Below, one piece after another: positions 47,701 through 57,948 of a stretch of 64,000 nucleotides of DNA (within the stretch, counting starts at the first letter, position 1; each line of letters begins with the position of its first letter). A program made the translations under genes and the position numbers. The notes beneath the pieces are model-generated. The model saw only the letters and a program-made list of their open reading frames with translations. It was not told where the DNA came from and made no database searches. The DNA is from a virus (taxonomy: Duplodnaviria; Caudoviricetes), in IMG/VR virus record IMGVR_UViG_3300010356_003652, positions 608-64,607 of that record, one strand, 5' to 3'.

Positions 47701-49615
47701 ATCTCTGAAATTTTATATCATGGTCAAGAGCCCAGTCTTCGATAACGAGAGAATGACTCTCATCTTTCTTAGCAAAAGTTCTGAATGGAGTATTTGGATA
47801 ATCTGCAAAAACGTTCCATGCTTTCCAAAGAGCATTATTTTGGTCCTTTTTAGTTCCCCTTGTCGAAAATAGAGTTCTCCTAACTGTTGGATATCCATCA
47901 TCAGAATATTCTGTTGCATATGCCCAGGATTCTCCTGGCTCTAATAGATCTGTTTCAGATCCTAGAACTTCCCAGATACAGAAATCTGTATTATCAACAA
48001 TCCTTAAATGCTCTCCTTGGTTTAATAAATTATTAATTCCTATAGAAATAAATGGAGAAAAATCTACGATTTCCTGAACTTTGGTAGAAAATATATTATC
48101 TCCCGGCTTATTGACCCATTCCTCGATATCCGATTTAGTTGTTCCATCTACTTGGTGAACATTCGTAATTCTCTTAATAGAAAGTATATCATCTAAGGTA
48201 AATATCCTATTTTCGTATTCCTCTTTAAGATCTCCGTTTGAATCAAAAAGTTCAGAGAAGAAAAATTCGCTGCTGTCTTTTCCGTCCAATGATATAACTC
48301 TTATAGAACTATCGGGATCATCCGAATAGTATGATATTTGATATAGGGGATTTTCGGTTAAATAAAGACCAAAATACCTATGCATTGTAAATAGAGAGAC
48401 ATCGTCATCACTAAATGCATATTCCATATTAATTAGGTTTGGACAAAGAAGATTAAGTCTCTCAAAACCCTGTGAGCAGAATGCATTTAGATCCGTAAAA
48501 TTGGATGCCTTTTCATCGAAGAAATAGGTCGTTTCGCTTCTACCTGTGATAATTCCCTTATCAATAGCGACTCCATACCATGTATTTGGATCCGGATCTT
48601 TTAAATTAGGATCTGAAAGAGAGAGGAACATTGGAGATATAACCTGAGTAAGTTCCTTAAGATGATTTCTTAAATAGGTTCCAAGGGGGGATCCCTCTTT
48701 AATACCCCATGATTCCATTAGCTCCCCCTGTCTGATAAATTTATCAGCAAGCCCGGATAAGTCCTCTTCCTCTCCAGGAAGGGGATAGGTTTCTTCATTA
48801 ATTACTCCAGGAACTCTAAATATTGCGAAATAATCAGGCAGCTTGGAATTTATCCAAAGCGGAGCTAACATAGCATAATCATCCTCATATAATTCATCCT
48901 GAAATAATCTAGCTCCGTATGTGTAATTAACATTGTATTGATCAAATAAATCTGTCTTAGGAATAGCTATATTAAGAGTATCTTCTGCATCTAGCCTATA
49001 CATCTCTCCAAGAGGAAGAGAAGAAAATACCCTTCTGATATCTCCGGAAAGCACACTGCTTGCTGATACTTTTTGCTTTCTATATAATTTATTAGATAAT
49101 ATATCAGAAACTTTGAATGTATCAAGATAGAGATAATTACTTGTATCAACAGTTAATTTTATATTCCCGGAGAATTTAGGGTTCGTTCTCAATAAGAGAT
49201 ATGAAGCTTCCCCCTCGACTTGAACATTAGAAGTCTCAAATGTGCTAATGCTATCCGATGATATAATATAAGGTCTATTTAGAACAGAGACATCTATAGT
49301 AAATAAAGAAGTAGTAATATGTAGATTAACATCAAATGGGATTAATTCCCGTGTATAAAGAAATAGAGAAGCTATACTTGGATCTCCAGCATCACCTAAA
49401 TATAATTCAGTATTTATAGAAGGGTCTCCATAAATGCTAGCCTCCTGACTAATATCTAATCCATTAACCCATAAAATACCTCTGGATACATCGGAAATAG
49501 GATCAGCATTAATATAAATTGATCCATCTCCGGTTTCCCACCTGAAATTAAGAAATGCACCAGGTTCCTGTGTTGTAAGTACTACTGCACCATTGTTCTG
49601 AAAGTCTAATATCAT
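44792..49615 (-). CDS. very large (1607 aa) hypothetical virion structural protein
   Basis: Asp/Ser/aromatic, beta-rich ORF inside the tail module. Confidence 0.7.
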   Translation of the reverse strand: MILDFQNNGAVVLTTQEPGAFLNFRWETGDGSIYINADPISDVSRGILWVNGLDISQEASIYGDPSINTELYLGDAGDPSIASLFLYTRELIPFDVNLHITTSLFTIDVSVLNRPYIISSDSISTFETSNVQVEGEASYLLLRTNPKFSGNIKLTVDTSNYLYLDTFKVSDILSNKLYRKQKVSASSVLSGDIRRVFSSLPLGEMYRLDAEDTLNIAIPKTDLFDQYNVNYTYGARLFQDELYEDDYAMLAPLWINSKLPDYFAIFRVPGVINEETYPLPGEEEDLSGLADKFIRQGELMESWGIKEGSPLGTYLRNHLKELTQVISPMFLSLSDPNLKDPDPNTWYGVAIDKGIITGRSETTYFFDEKASNFTDLNAFCSQGFERLNLLCPNLINMEYAFSDDDVSLFTMHRYFGLYLTENPLYQISYYSDDPDSSIRVISLDGKDSSEFFFSELFDSNGDLKEEYENRIFTLDDILSIKRITNVHQVDGTTKSDIEEWVNKPGDNIFSTKVQEIVDFSPFISIGINNLLNQGEHLRIVDNTDFCIWEVLGSETDLLEPGESWAYATEYSDDGYPTVRRTLFSTRGTKKDQNNALWKAWNVFADYPNTPFRTFAKKDESHSLVIEDWALDHDIKFQRLTAQTTSHVFDTLGTYDPSSAFNSAAKYDDVIFYGTLIPTIEDFQRLKYDSSFGPINFELFGDRMSIMLDIFNPNGYSFYSLDSSIVDVFEENMLYLSPDNWYRLVQNFDVSTAISHSLQYIEDPRGNYGKIGIITEHPIVTINDFWNAYAVYPLIISLMGINPVKDFDFTVYDSLTDDPSVGIEMDFQSSYWYNREGDSSTFSRYIPSGTSDSIGIPNSYDIISGTGSITIGGDSSSYSVSSPSSPFKFNTFDSSAIIQATTNTTVTYGVLDGSRNFKSYIPGSSEESLGDYYQGYDPCLGLYGSKKLKYGLTVPTVVKWAGIGNDCRNNPMRLIFDSSLLDVSTNFIPTATSLSDEIFYPSFKYLSPGTRNWEDYVFYDINDTIMYEVDGNTVYSTFKDFMISNPASDIFSKLVYSNNNVDGTKLRSSIAYYNNYKNTIDVIINGLSLSLRIVESARNILDIQDWNRFRVSGIAVPSRNRDNNKPIEVFINENTQTILIVWYQGNDILNYNYRTSTTVLGKGVLDPEESVISDIQWRGFDHSSRYYSHVKTPFGVNNASLSSNIFPIYGTGDYTGDPSIASPFNQINLNFGDNLFSVFNAWNVNQIIGSAFEFYGKSFDTFRQYVSYSYLKQTGTYGPLVANLPYSYMKNDNLYKEDTCNWTTLNSILSQNRVQYYIFRGNSLFTSSSFAVNPVTITINSPREYNGVTTYSGWYRPKFNNIFEFSSNESREISDVVEKDFIFSNTNLRSYNNIPQLWYNKVVSNVTSFDVSVGNAINFVDSWNPFKSQWDSRYYYLYSGLSKTEVDGYNSTQELPSYFGSKLINLPESLELDSWANTTTNEEYGERRLSLSYNLTRTIVNIFKDNDTFIDNWSDLSEADNVIDGYIKRTILNYYNISRPKIKVDIWRKPYKGESSRISYSLDSSFQKWDAANVDGVLSYVNNEYVYTINVTPDPAFIYFVKFTLFEK

Positions 49616-49617
49616 AA

Positions 49618-51918
49618 TTAATTATTATTCTCTAAGTCGTTATATATTCCTATACTTGCATCAACTAATTTTTGTAAAGCCTCCTGTATTGTAACTACCC
49701 TTGAACCAGCTCCTCCGGGATTGTTAATTCTAACAAATATTCTTGAAGCTAATTCATCCAGTATTGTCTGAAGATCTAGAGATTTCTCCTCTACTAAATC
49801 ACCAGCAAGATCTTTCTTACCCCAGTCATATGATAGGAATCTTGCCTGGTGCTTAAAGTATGTTCCGCTTCCCGCATTAGGATTAGGATAACCATCCTGT
49901 AAGTGGGTTATAACTCCTGTAGCATTAAGAGTCTCATCAAGCTGTATTTGAGCAGACTCCTGAGTTGCATCAGAAAGAATATTAGCAACCTGATCTGATC
50001 CTTCCAAGTTTGCAGGAAATTCGACTATAACGGAATTAGACCAAGAAGATTTAAGAGGATTCTGTGGCCAGCCGGCTTCAGAAATAGATCTGATTCTCAT
50101 TTCTACCTTTTCCCCCTTGGTAATTGGAATATCTACCTGATTTATATTGACCTGCTCGCCATCTCCTACATTCTCATCTGCCCATACATATTTTCCCAGG
50201 GCTGAATCATATACTTTAGATTTAATCGGAGACTGCATAATTTGCCAATCCGTAAATGTTCCTGTAATCTTTTGACCGGTTGAAGGATCATTATATGAAT
50301 AAGTATTTAGCGGATTTCCTGTATTATCTAATCTTAAATACCTATAGCTAATCTCAAACTGAATAACTTGCTGAGGATCCTCCGCCGAATTGGCTGTGCT
50401 TTTCTTTCCAGCAGGAATCTCAAAGAATCCTCTTACTCTGTATTTTGGATTTCCAAATACTGCATTGTTCTCATAAGCAAGAGTTGCTAGAGATTTTACA
50501 AGTGATTGATATTCTACAGTCTTTTTACTTAACTGCGAAATGTTATTATCAATCTTAGTCTGTAAGTCTTCCCTTTCTGCTGGATCCGTTAATTCAACAA
50601 GCTCTGCTTTCTGCTGAGAAATAGTTGTTTTCAAAGAACTGATAATAGTCTTCGTACTCTCAATCTGAGTTTGAGTATTCTTTATATCTTCGGTATCAAG
50701 AGAGGCATTAAGCTGAGTATTAATCTGTTTAACCGCAAACTGATCTACTGAAATAACAGGAGCATCAGGGGTAACCCCATAAAAGGCCGAAATCATTCGA
50801 TCTTTAGCCTGACCCTCCATCTGCTTTCCAAAGTCAACCACATAATTAAAATAATAGGTCTCTAAGTCCGTAGTACTATTGGCTAATGTAAGATCATTTG
50901 TATAGAAGGATATTGAATCCCCCCATGAATCAGCAATGACATTAAAATCATCATTTACTCCCTTTATGAAAATAGTATTACACTCATCATATCCAATAGG
51001 AATTCTTACATATTTTTCTGTAAATGGAGTAGAATATATGTAGAATTTATTATTGATATTAGGATTTCCAATACCAATTAGGGGAGTTAGTTTAACTCTC
51101 TTTTCTGTAACCTCTATGGAATCTATCTTATAAAGACTTTCATTATATCGAATTTGATCTCCAATTTTTAATTCAATATTCTTAACAACTGAAGCATCTG
51201 TTGTAAGACCATAATTAAGAGTATCAAGATAATACCACTGGCTTCCAGCAATTACCTTTTTATCAAGGATTGTAAAGGACCCTGTATATTTGTTAGGGTT
51301 AAGAGGAAGATCCTGAACTTCTTCATCAATCCAGTATCTCTTTCCACTTTCGTTTAGGATGTTTACGGTATCCTGATATGAATAATAATTTCCGACAAAA
51401 TTATCCTTGAACCACTGAGTTTCCGCATCATCAAAATTATCAAATATCACTCTTCTTACAACGACTCTATCCGAACGATCATCTATTTTATTTTTAAGAT
51501 CAAATTCGACATACATTTGAGGAAATAACATGTTCTCGAAGAACCAGTTATTTCTCCAATTGAATTTTGTTGGAGCCGCAACATCAACAATAGGTCTAGG
51601 TGATTTTGAAAGAGGTACAGTAGTAACACTTCTGTATGTTCCATCGTCTAAAAGAACCACGCCATTTCCTGATACAAATGTATTTACAGTATTTGATATT
51701 CGTGCTAATTGTTCTAATGTATACTGATAAGACGGCATACTATATGTGTATATTGAAGGATCTCCAGTTACCGGATCTGTTCCTTCAAATCTAACGGTTA
51801 CAGTATCTTCTTGAGATGTTAGTGTCTCGTTCATACCTGTCATTGCAGATAGAGCCAAATTAACATTTCTAGTTAAATCTGCTACGGTCTGAATAAAAGA
51901 ATTATTGCTATTTGACAT
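49618..51918 (-). CDS. hypothetical structural protein (766 aa) with a central coiled coil
   Basis: DIKNTQTQIESTKTIISSLKTTISQQKAELVEL heptads flanked by beta-rich regions. Confidence 0.7.
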   Translation of the reverse strand: MSNSNNSFIQTVADLTRNVNLALSAMTGMNETLTSQEDTVTVRFEGTDPVTGDPSIYTYSMPSYQYTLEQLARISNTVNTFVSGNGVVLLDDGTYRSVTTVPLSKSPRPIVDVAAPTKFNWRNNWFFENMLFPQMYVEFDLKNKIDDRSDRVVVRRVIFDNFDDAETQWFKDNFVGNYYSYQDTVNILNESGKRYWIDEEVQDLPLNPNKYTGSFTILDKKVIAGSQWYYLDTLNYGLTTDASVVKNIELKIGDQIRYNESLYKIDSIEVTEKRVKLTPLIGIGNPNINNKFYIYSTPFTEKYVRIPIGYDECNTIFIKGVNDDFNVIADSWGDSISFYTNDLTLANSTTDLETYYFNYVVDFGKQMEGQAKDRMISAFYGVTPDAPVISVDQFAVKQINTQLNASLDTEDIKNTQTQIESTKTIISSLKTTISQQKAELVELTDPAEREDLQTKIDNNISQLSKKTVEYQSLVKSLATLAYENNAVFGNPKYRVRGFFEIPAGKKSTANSAEDPQQVIQFEISYRYLRLDNTGNPLNTYSYNDPSTGQKITGTFTDWQIMQSPIKSKVYDSALGKYVWADENVGDGEQVNINQVDIPITKGEKVEMRIRSISEAGWPQNPLKSSWSNSVIVEFPANLEGSDQVANILSDATQESAQIQLDETLNATGVITHLQDGYPNPNAGSGTYFKHQARFLSYDWGKKDLAGDLVEEKSLDLQTILDELASRIFVRINNPGGAGSRVVTIQEALQKLVDASIGIYNDLENNN

Positions 51919-51932
51919 GGTTCAAATATTTT

Positions 51933-54900
51933 TTATTTTTTAAGTTCATTAATTTCATCAATTTCCCTTCTAAGCTCATCAATCATTTTTTGCTGTTCCT
52001 TGATGGCTTCTATGAGATAAGGAATTATCTCTGTATATCTAACTGTCTTATAGAGTGTATCCTCCTCTCCAGTTTCAAGAGGAACGGTTGTTTCTACTAC
52101 AACTTCTGGAATGATTTTTTCAATCTCCTGAGCAATAACACCAAGGTGTCTTTCCCCAGTTTTCTTTCTATCATATGAAACCCCTCTGACCTGAAGAATC
52201 TTTTCTAGCGGATTCTCTAATTCCTCTATATTCTCTTTAAGCCTGATATCTGAGATTACAGATGAATAACCTACTATATCGTTATCAGCTTCAAATTTCC
52301 CTGTATCGATAGTAAATCTAAATCTAATAGTTCCATCATCATTTAGATCAAGATACCTACTAGTATTATTCCAATAGAATCCTGTATCTGTATCGTTAGC
52401 AAATTGGATAACATATCCATCACTTGCCGGAAATTTTATAGGTACAGCAGATTGTAAAGCCGAGCTATCTAGAGTTAATCTTTCTACAGATGCATTTCCT
52501 GCATAGAAAAAGATATTTGAAGCATACTCTGATCCTCCTGTATTATCTCCCCCTAAATAAATATCTCCATGGGTTCCAGCCGTCGAGCCTGTTTTTATAT
52601 ATAGGTCACCGCTTGAAGAAGCCCCTCCGCCTGTTCTTACAACTAAATCTCCGCCATCCGTATCAGATCCTGCACCTGTTATTGTTAGGGATCCTGCACT
52701 TCCAGTAATTCCCAGCATTCCAATTGTTCTTGTTGAAGCATGAGTAACATATAGTCCACCGCTAACGTCCAATTGAGTACCATTATATGATAAGCCAGCT
52801 TCTCCGTTAATTGTACTTCCTCCAGTTGCAGTTAAGACGTAATTATTAACGTTATTAGAAATAGACGTAACTGCTCCTCCGCCTCCTGAAGTCCTCTTAA
52901 TCCTGTTTCCATCTGCTGTATCAACATATAGTACCTCATTAGCTCCAGCTGTACCAGTAGGAATATTCGTAGTTGTTCCGAGGATAATAGCACTCGTATC
53001 GGTTGTTCCTATAAATACTCTTCCATCTCCTGCATAAGAAGCTCCCAATCCGCCTTTAATATAAGCATTTCCGCCAGTTGCTACTCCTGAGTTTCCCCCG
53101 GTTAAAGTAGCATCACCGCCGCCTCCTGAACCAGCTCCACCCCTGACATAAATATCTCCGCCCAAGCTGTTAGAATTTTGGGCTTCTAAGTAGAGATTAT
53201 AGCTAGTTCCTGTAGTGGATGATTCTATTCCTATAGTTCTATGAGCGCCGGATTTAAGAGTTATATTTCCTGAAACGTCCATCGCTCCATTGACAGATAG
53301 CTTAGAAGTTGCATTCGCGTATCCTATTCCAAAAAGGCCTCCAGTTGTTATAGATAGCGAATAAGCTGGATCTCCAATACCTCCTCCTGCATAATCATTA
53401 GTAAGATATAAATTTGTATCACTTGCTTTGCTACCTAATTTTGCATTTGCTATTCCTAGCTGCCATAATTCTATAGATGTCTCTTGTCCTCCTGGCATTG
53501 TAACGCTAATAGGCTTGTCTCCGGTCATTGAAGTACCAGTCCCTACGTGTAATAATCCATAAACATAGAGAGCTTCATTTGAAATTACTGCAGGATGATT
53601 TATTGCAATATTTCCAAGAATAGGGCCATTAAGATATAGCGAACTATCAATTCTAGCATCCCCAGCCACATGAAGTGCTGTTGAAGGTTCCGATGTTCTA
53701 ATGCCCAAGCTCTTTGTAGCTATTTTCCAGTTAAAGCTAGCATCTGCTTCCATAGTTCCGCCGGAATTAAACTGGATATTTCCGGTACTTCCGGCAGCAC
53801 TTACGTCCGATGAAGCTATTATTTCTAAATATCCATTAATCCACCGGAATTGAGTTCCTACTGATGTATCAGAAATATAGCTCTTATCGAAATTAAAAGA
53901 GGAACTAGTAATTTTATCTACAGATAGGTAAGATAATTTTGTTGATCCATCTACTTTTAGGTGTCCTAATATCGACACATCATCTCTTAAGAGAATATTA
54001 TTAGAGGTATCAATATGAAGAGCAGAAAGAAGATTTCCTGTATAGATATCCACTTCCCTATAATTTGTTGATGCTCCGAGTTGTAATGGGGACCCATATC
54101 CAAGTATTATATTATTGGACGTATCTCTTACAGCATTCTGTATAATAACTTCATCAAGTTTGGTAGTTCCTGAAACATGAAGAGGATAGCTAGGATACTG
54201 AACTTTAACACCAACATTTCCAAATTTCATATAGACTGAAGAATCTACAAGAGGATCATCCCCATCAGCAAATAGTGCTAATGCATTTGGGGTTCCCGTT
54301 ATATCTCTTCCTATATCATTAACCTGGAATTGTAAAGCTTGAAGATCGTTTAGGATCTGAGTCTGAGTCGATTGTACTTCAATATAGTTTTCGGAAATGC
54401 CCTGAATAACACTATTATTTTGAGTCAATAGGTTGACTGCAGTATTAAGATTTGCGAAAGCTTCGGTCCAGTCCTCTGCATATAGCTGATCAGAAGTTGC
54501 CATATCAACTATGGTTGCTCCCGTATCATCCACCATATTATCGGTTTTAATGTTAAGACGTAATGAATATGATGTACCGAATCCGGAAGGCCCGCTCTGA
54601 ATCTTTTCAAGTGCGGGAAGAAGAATTCCGTCAAGAGGAATATTTGCTGAATTACCAGATGGAGCGTCTATAAATAGAACTCCTAATAGGTTTCTTCCTA
54701 ATATTTCTTCCTGCGTTGAATTCCATACTGTATAATAGATAAGAACTGCATTAAATTCGAAACTATCATTTATAGAATTCTGAATAGCCATTTTATCATA
54801 GGTCAATTCAGTATCTCCATATATGTCCTTTAGCTCATCAAGATTAAAGACAAGAGAAAGACAGTCGACTTTGGACCTACGGAATTCAACGGTACTTCCC

Positions 54901-55838
54901 CCATTGGTATATTTGAGATCTACATTATAGATTCCAGTAGTCTGATAAGAAGATGAATCAATTAAATATGCATTATCGGCTGCTATAGGATCTATTCCTT
55001 CCGCAGTATACCACCATCCATCGGAATAAACCCCCGTGGAGTTATCAAATTGAAGTGTCCAAGTTCCATCAGGAGCTACAACCTGAGTTGAAGAATCAAC
55101 AAAGTCATAATATGCTAAATAGCTTAATCCGTCTGGGTGGGGAAGAGTATATGATTCTCTTCCTAATATTTTTTCTCCTAATCCTCCTATTTCCATTCCA
55201 TGGTAGTAGTTATCATCATCGACTATTTCGAAGTATGCATCCATTTGACCATGGGAGGTGGGCACTAGAATATAGGTCTCATTATAAGTTCCAAAAGAGT
55301 CTGTACGAACGTTACCCGCTGAAACCTGACCTAGATACTTAACAACCGAATTATAACCTAGCGAACCATCTGCATCTATTTCTTCAGACCAGTACTGTTT
55401 TGAGCCAACAGATACATCCTTACTCCATCGGATAGCACCTGATTCTTTAAGCCATTTCCAGAATACTCTTTCGGAAACTGTTCGAATAAGAGTAGGATTA
55501 TAATCTTCTCTATTTAAGAGATTGGATTCTAAGTTTAATGCATAGTTCTCGAAAGATTCTGCTATTAAGACTCTTCCATCTTTAATAGATGGATTCCCCT
55601 GCTCATATTCAAAAGCTCCGGCAATATTTGTAATTGCAAATCTATTCTGAACCACGCCATCTGGTGGATCCTGCTGAATCGAAGGAATATTAAGAAGTGC
55701 AAAGTTTGAAATCTTTACAACATTATTTCTCTCGTTAATATTAAGACCGATATCCTCAACAGCAGAACTGAACGTATAGATCGTTCCGCCGTTCGTACGC
55801 AGCCTTTTAACAAATGGAGTAATTCTATTATTGCTCAT
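51933..55838 (-). CDS. long tail fibre with C-terminal peptidase S74 chaperone
   Basis: Gly-rich repeats; SDIRLKENI...GVIAQEIEKIIPEVV...YTEIIPYLIEAIKEQQ. Confidence 0.85.
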   Translation of the reverse strand: MSNNRITPFVKRLRTNGGTIYTFSSAVEDIGLNINERNNVVKISNFALLNIPSIQQDPPDGVVQNRFAITNIAGAFEYEQGNPSIKDGRVLIAESFENYALNLESNLLNREDYNPTLIRTVSERVFWKWLKESGAIRWSKDVSVGSKQYWSEEIDADGSLGYNSVVKYLGQVSAGNVRTDSFGTYNETYILVPTSHGQMDAYFEIVDDDNYYHGMEIGGLGEKILGRESYTLPHPDGLSYLAYYDFVDSSTQVVAPDGTWTLQFDNSTGVYSDGWWYTAEGIDPIAADNAYLIDSSSYQTTGIYNVDLKYTNGGSTVEFRRSKVDCLSLVFNLDELKDIYGDTELTYDKMAIQNSINDSFEFNAVLIYYTVWNSTQEEILGRNLLGVLFIDAPSGNSANIPLDGILLPALEKIQSGPSGFGTSYSLRLNIKTDNMVDDTGATIVDMATSDQLYAEDWTEAFANLNTAVNLLTQNNSVIQGISENYIEVQSTQTQILNDLQALQFQVNDIGRDITGTPNALALFADGDDPLVDSSVYMKFGNVGVKVQYPSYPLHVSGTTKLDEVIIQNAVRDTSNNIILGYGSPLQLGASTNYREVDIYTGNLLSALHIDTSNNILLRDDVSILGHLKVDGSTKLSYLSVDKITSSSFNFDKSYISDTSVGTQFRWINGYLEIIASSDVSAAGSTGNIQFNSGGTMEADASFNWKIATKSLGIRTSEPSTALHVAGDARIDSSLYLNGPILGNIAINHPAVISNEALYVYGLLHVGTGTSMTGDKPISVTMPGGQETSIELWQLGIANAKLGSKASDTNLYLTNDYAGGGIGDPAYSLSITTGGLFGIGYANATSKLSVNGAMDVSGNITLKSGAHRTIGIESSTTGTSYNLYLEAQNSNSLGGDIYVRGGAGSGGGGDATLTGGNSGVATGGNAYIKGGLGASYAGDGRVFIGTTDTSAIILGTTTNIPTGTAGANEVLYVDTADGNRIKRTSGGGGAVTSISNNVNNYVLTATGGSTINGEAGLSYNGTQLDVSGGLYVTHASTRTIGMLGITGSAGSLTITGAGSDTDGGDLVVRTGGGASSSGDLYIKTGSTAGTHGDIYLGGDNTGGSEYASNIFFYAGNASVERLTLDSSALQSAVPIKFPASDGYVIQFANDTDTGFYWNNTSRYLDLNDDGTIRFRFTIDTGKFEADNDIVGYSSVISDIRLKENIEELENPLEKILQVRGVSYDRKKTGERHLGVIAQEIEKIIPEVVVETTVPLETGEEDTLYKTVRYTEIIPYLIEAIKEQQKMIDELRREIDEINELKK

Positions 55839-55860
55839 ATTCTAGGTTAATTTTCTTTTT

Positions 55861-56556
55861 TTAAGATATTGTATAAGTTCCGCCTGATTGTTTTACGATC
55901 CAAGTTGGACCCCAAGAAGCATCATAAGCGATATTGATTAGTTTTATCCAAGTTCCTGCCGAAGCATCAGGAAGAGTAACTCTTAAAGTCTTTACTGGAC
56001 CTTCCGAAGTTGACTGTAATAGAATCGTATAATCATCAGCTGTCAAAACATCTAAATCAAAAATCACTTGGAATTCCTGACTAATATTATTATTCTGGAA
56101 ACCATAAGATGCATCATTAGAGATCTTAATATATGGAGTTTGTACATCCACCCACGAAAAAGCTGAAGGCTCTAATGGCCATAGTGTTGTTGATGGATCA
56201 ACTAATATGGATCCATCGGATGGTCTCCACCTAATAAGTGATGAAGGATCGCTAGTTGCTAGCCTTGTTGACACATCTGCTCCAAGATAAGAATTAACGA
56301 AGTCTAGATCTGCAGTAGTAGTATTCTGATATAGATTTGTAAACTGATTTCTAACTACAAGGTTATCTACAACACAAGTTACAAATTCACCTCTAGCTCC
56401 TTTTACTCTTCCAGCTGTCTCAAGAGGCTTTATAATTATTTCTCTATTTTCATCATAGAATACATCCAAATATCTCTTAAAAGAAGAGAAGTTTCCGTTC
56501 CAAAATTTAGGTAGTTCCGGGATGAATGTATCGAGGTAGATTTGACTCCAATCCAT
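55861..56556 (-). CDS. hypothetical structural protein, first gene of the minus-strand module
   Basis: ORF preceded by reverse-strand GATATATA at 56574-56581. Confidence 0.7.
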   Translation of the reverse strand: MDWSQIYLDTFIPELPKFWNGNFSSFKRYLDVFYDENREIIIKPLETAGRVKGARGEFVTCVVDNLVVRNQFTNLYQNTTTADLDFVNSYLGADVSTRLATSDPSSLIRWRPSDGSILVDPSTTLWPLEPSAFSWVDVQTPYIKISNDASYGFQNNNISQEFQVIFDLDVLTADDYTILLQSTSEGPVKTLRVTLPDASAGTWIKLINIAYDASWGPTWIVKQSGGTYTIS

Positions 56557-56664
56557 ATCTTATAGTTTTATTTTATATATCTCCGCTATTTAAAAAGGTC
56601 CTTTTTCAGGCGAAAAAAGATTTCATATATAGGATATAATGTCGAACTATTAAACTAAAATAAA

Positions 56665-57906
56665 ATGAGCGAAACAGGATTTGAAGGCTTCAACTGGGAA
56701 AAGTACGAAAATTGGAACGGTGCAAGCTTAAGAGTGAATAATAAAATAAAGGGGCAAGATCGAAAAACAAAGGTTTATTCCTTTGAACCATATGCTCAGG
56801 AACTGTTCGACCTCTACAATAATCAAACCCATAAATTTATTAGAAAAGACCTTGAAAGAGGAGATGTAGTTCCTATTGTGGAATTCTCCTTTATCGATGG
56901 TTCTGGGAAAATGATGGTGGAGATTTTAGGAGGTCTAACTATAGATGTTGATTTAGGAAGGGAAAAGAGGTTTATTCAGATCTACGGATTTAATACCATT
57001 TCCGAATTTATCGAGGCCTTTAATACAGCAGAAAAGAGGAAGCAATTTATCGATCATGGAATCTATGCCTATGTGGTAGAATCGTCTCCAGCCGTAAAAG
57101 TTTCCCTCTGGCAAGGTCATATCAAGAAGATTAAGGACGAATTCATGGAGCAAATTCAGTCTCCTTCAAGAGCTTATGTTGCAAAAATAATTGAGGCAAA
57201 TAGGGGTGGATTCTTTGTAGAAGTTCAAGGAGTTGAGGCATTCATGCCAGGATCTCTTGCAGCTCCGAATAAGATTATTGATTTTGAATCATATGTGGGA
57301 AAAGAAGTCGTTGTAATGATAGAGGACTTCTTACAAGATATGAATTCATTTATAGTCTCTCATAAGAAATATATTGAACATGTTCTTCCTCAGAAGATTT
57401 CAGAACTATCTCTATCGCAGAAATATTCGGGATCAGTTACAGGAACTTCCAAATATGGGATCTTCGCCGAATTTAATGATATCTTCACCGGATTGCTTCA
57501 TAAGAGCAAAATGAAAGAAGATACTTATCATAAGTTCAGAAATAGACAATATAATCCTGGTGATGCTCTTGAATTCTATATTTCAGAAATTACGAAAGAT
57601 AATAGAATTATACTTACAGAAGAGAGTCCCGAAGAGAAAAGGGAAAAGATTCTCAAATTTGTTGAAAAATATGATAATAAGCCTATTGATGCTGAGGTTG
57701 CAGCTATTATGAATTTCGGTCTTATTGTTAACGCAGAAGATCTATCTGGAGTGGTTCCAAATAAGGAATTCAGAAAAGCTCACACATCTCCTAAAAATTT
57801 CGTTATAGGGGATAAGATGAAATTAAAACTATTTGAAATTAAAGAGGGAGATAAACTCGTATTTACATTCTGGCTTGAACAGGAGAAAAAAGAGGAAGGA
57901 GCTTAA
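56665..57906 (+). CDS. rpsA: ribosomal protein S1-like protein (about 4 S1/OB domains)
   Basis: AKIIEANRGGFFVEVQGVEAFMPGSL, VGKEVVVMI...IVSHK, GSVTGTSKYGIFAEF..TGLLHKS, AEVAAIMNFGLIV. Confidence 0.82.
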   Translation: MSETGFEGFNWEKYENWNGASLRVNNKIKGQDRKTKVYSFEPYAQELFDLYNNQTHKFIRKDLERGDVVPIVEFSFIDGSGKMMVEILGGLTIDVDLGREKRFIQIYGFNTISEFIEAFNTAEKRKQFIDHGIYAYVVESSPAVKVSLWQGHIKKIKDEFMEQIQSPSRAYVAKIIEANRGGFFVEVQGVEAFMPGSLAAPNKIIDFESYVGKEVVVMIEDFLQDMNSFIVSHKKYIEHVLPQKISELSLSQKYSGSVTGTSKYGIFAEFNDIFTGLLHKSKMKEDTYHKFRNRQYNPGDALEFYISEITKDNRIILTEESPEEKREKILKFVEKYDNKPIDAEVAAIMNFGLIVNAEDLSGVVPNKEFRKAHTSPKNFVIGDKMKLKLFEIKEGDKLVFTFWLEQEKKEEGA

Positions 57907-57922
57907 TGCTCCTTTCTTTTTT
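57895..57922 (+). terminator. intrinsic terminator
   Basis: AAGGAGC-TTAAT-GCTCCTT followed by T-rich tract. Confidence 0.75.
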
Positions 57923-57948
57923 TAGATAAATAGAATAAAAGAGGATTT

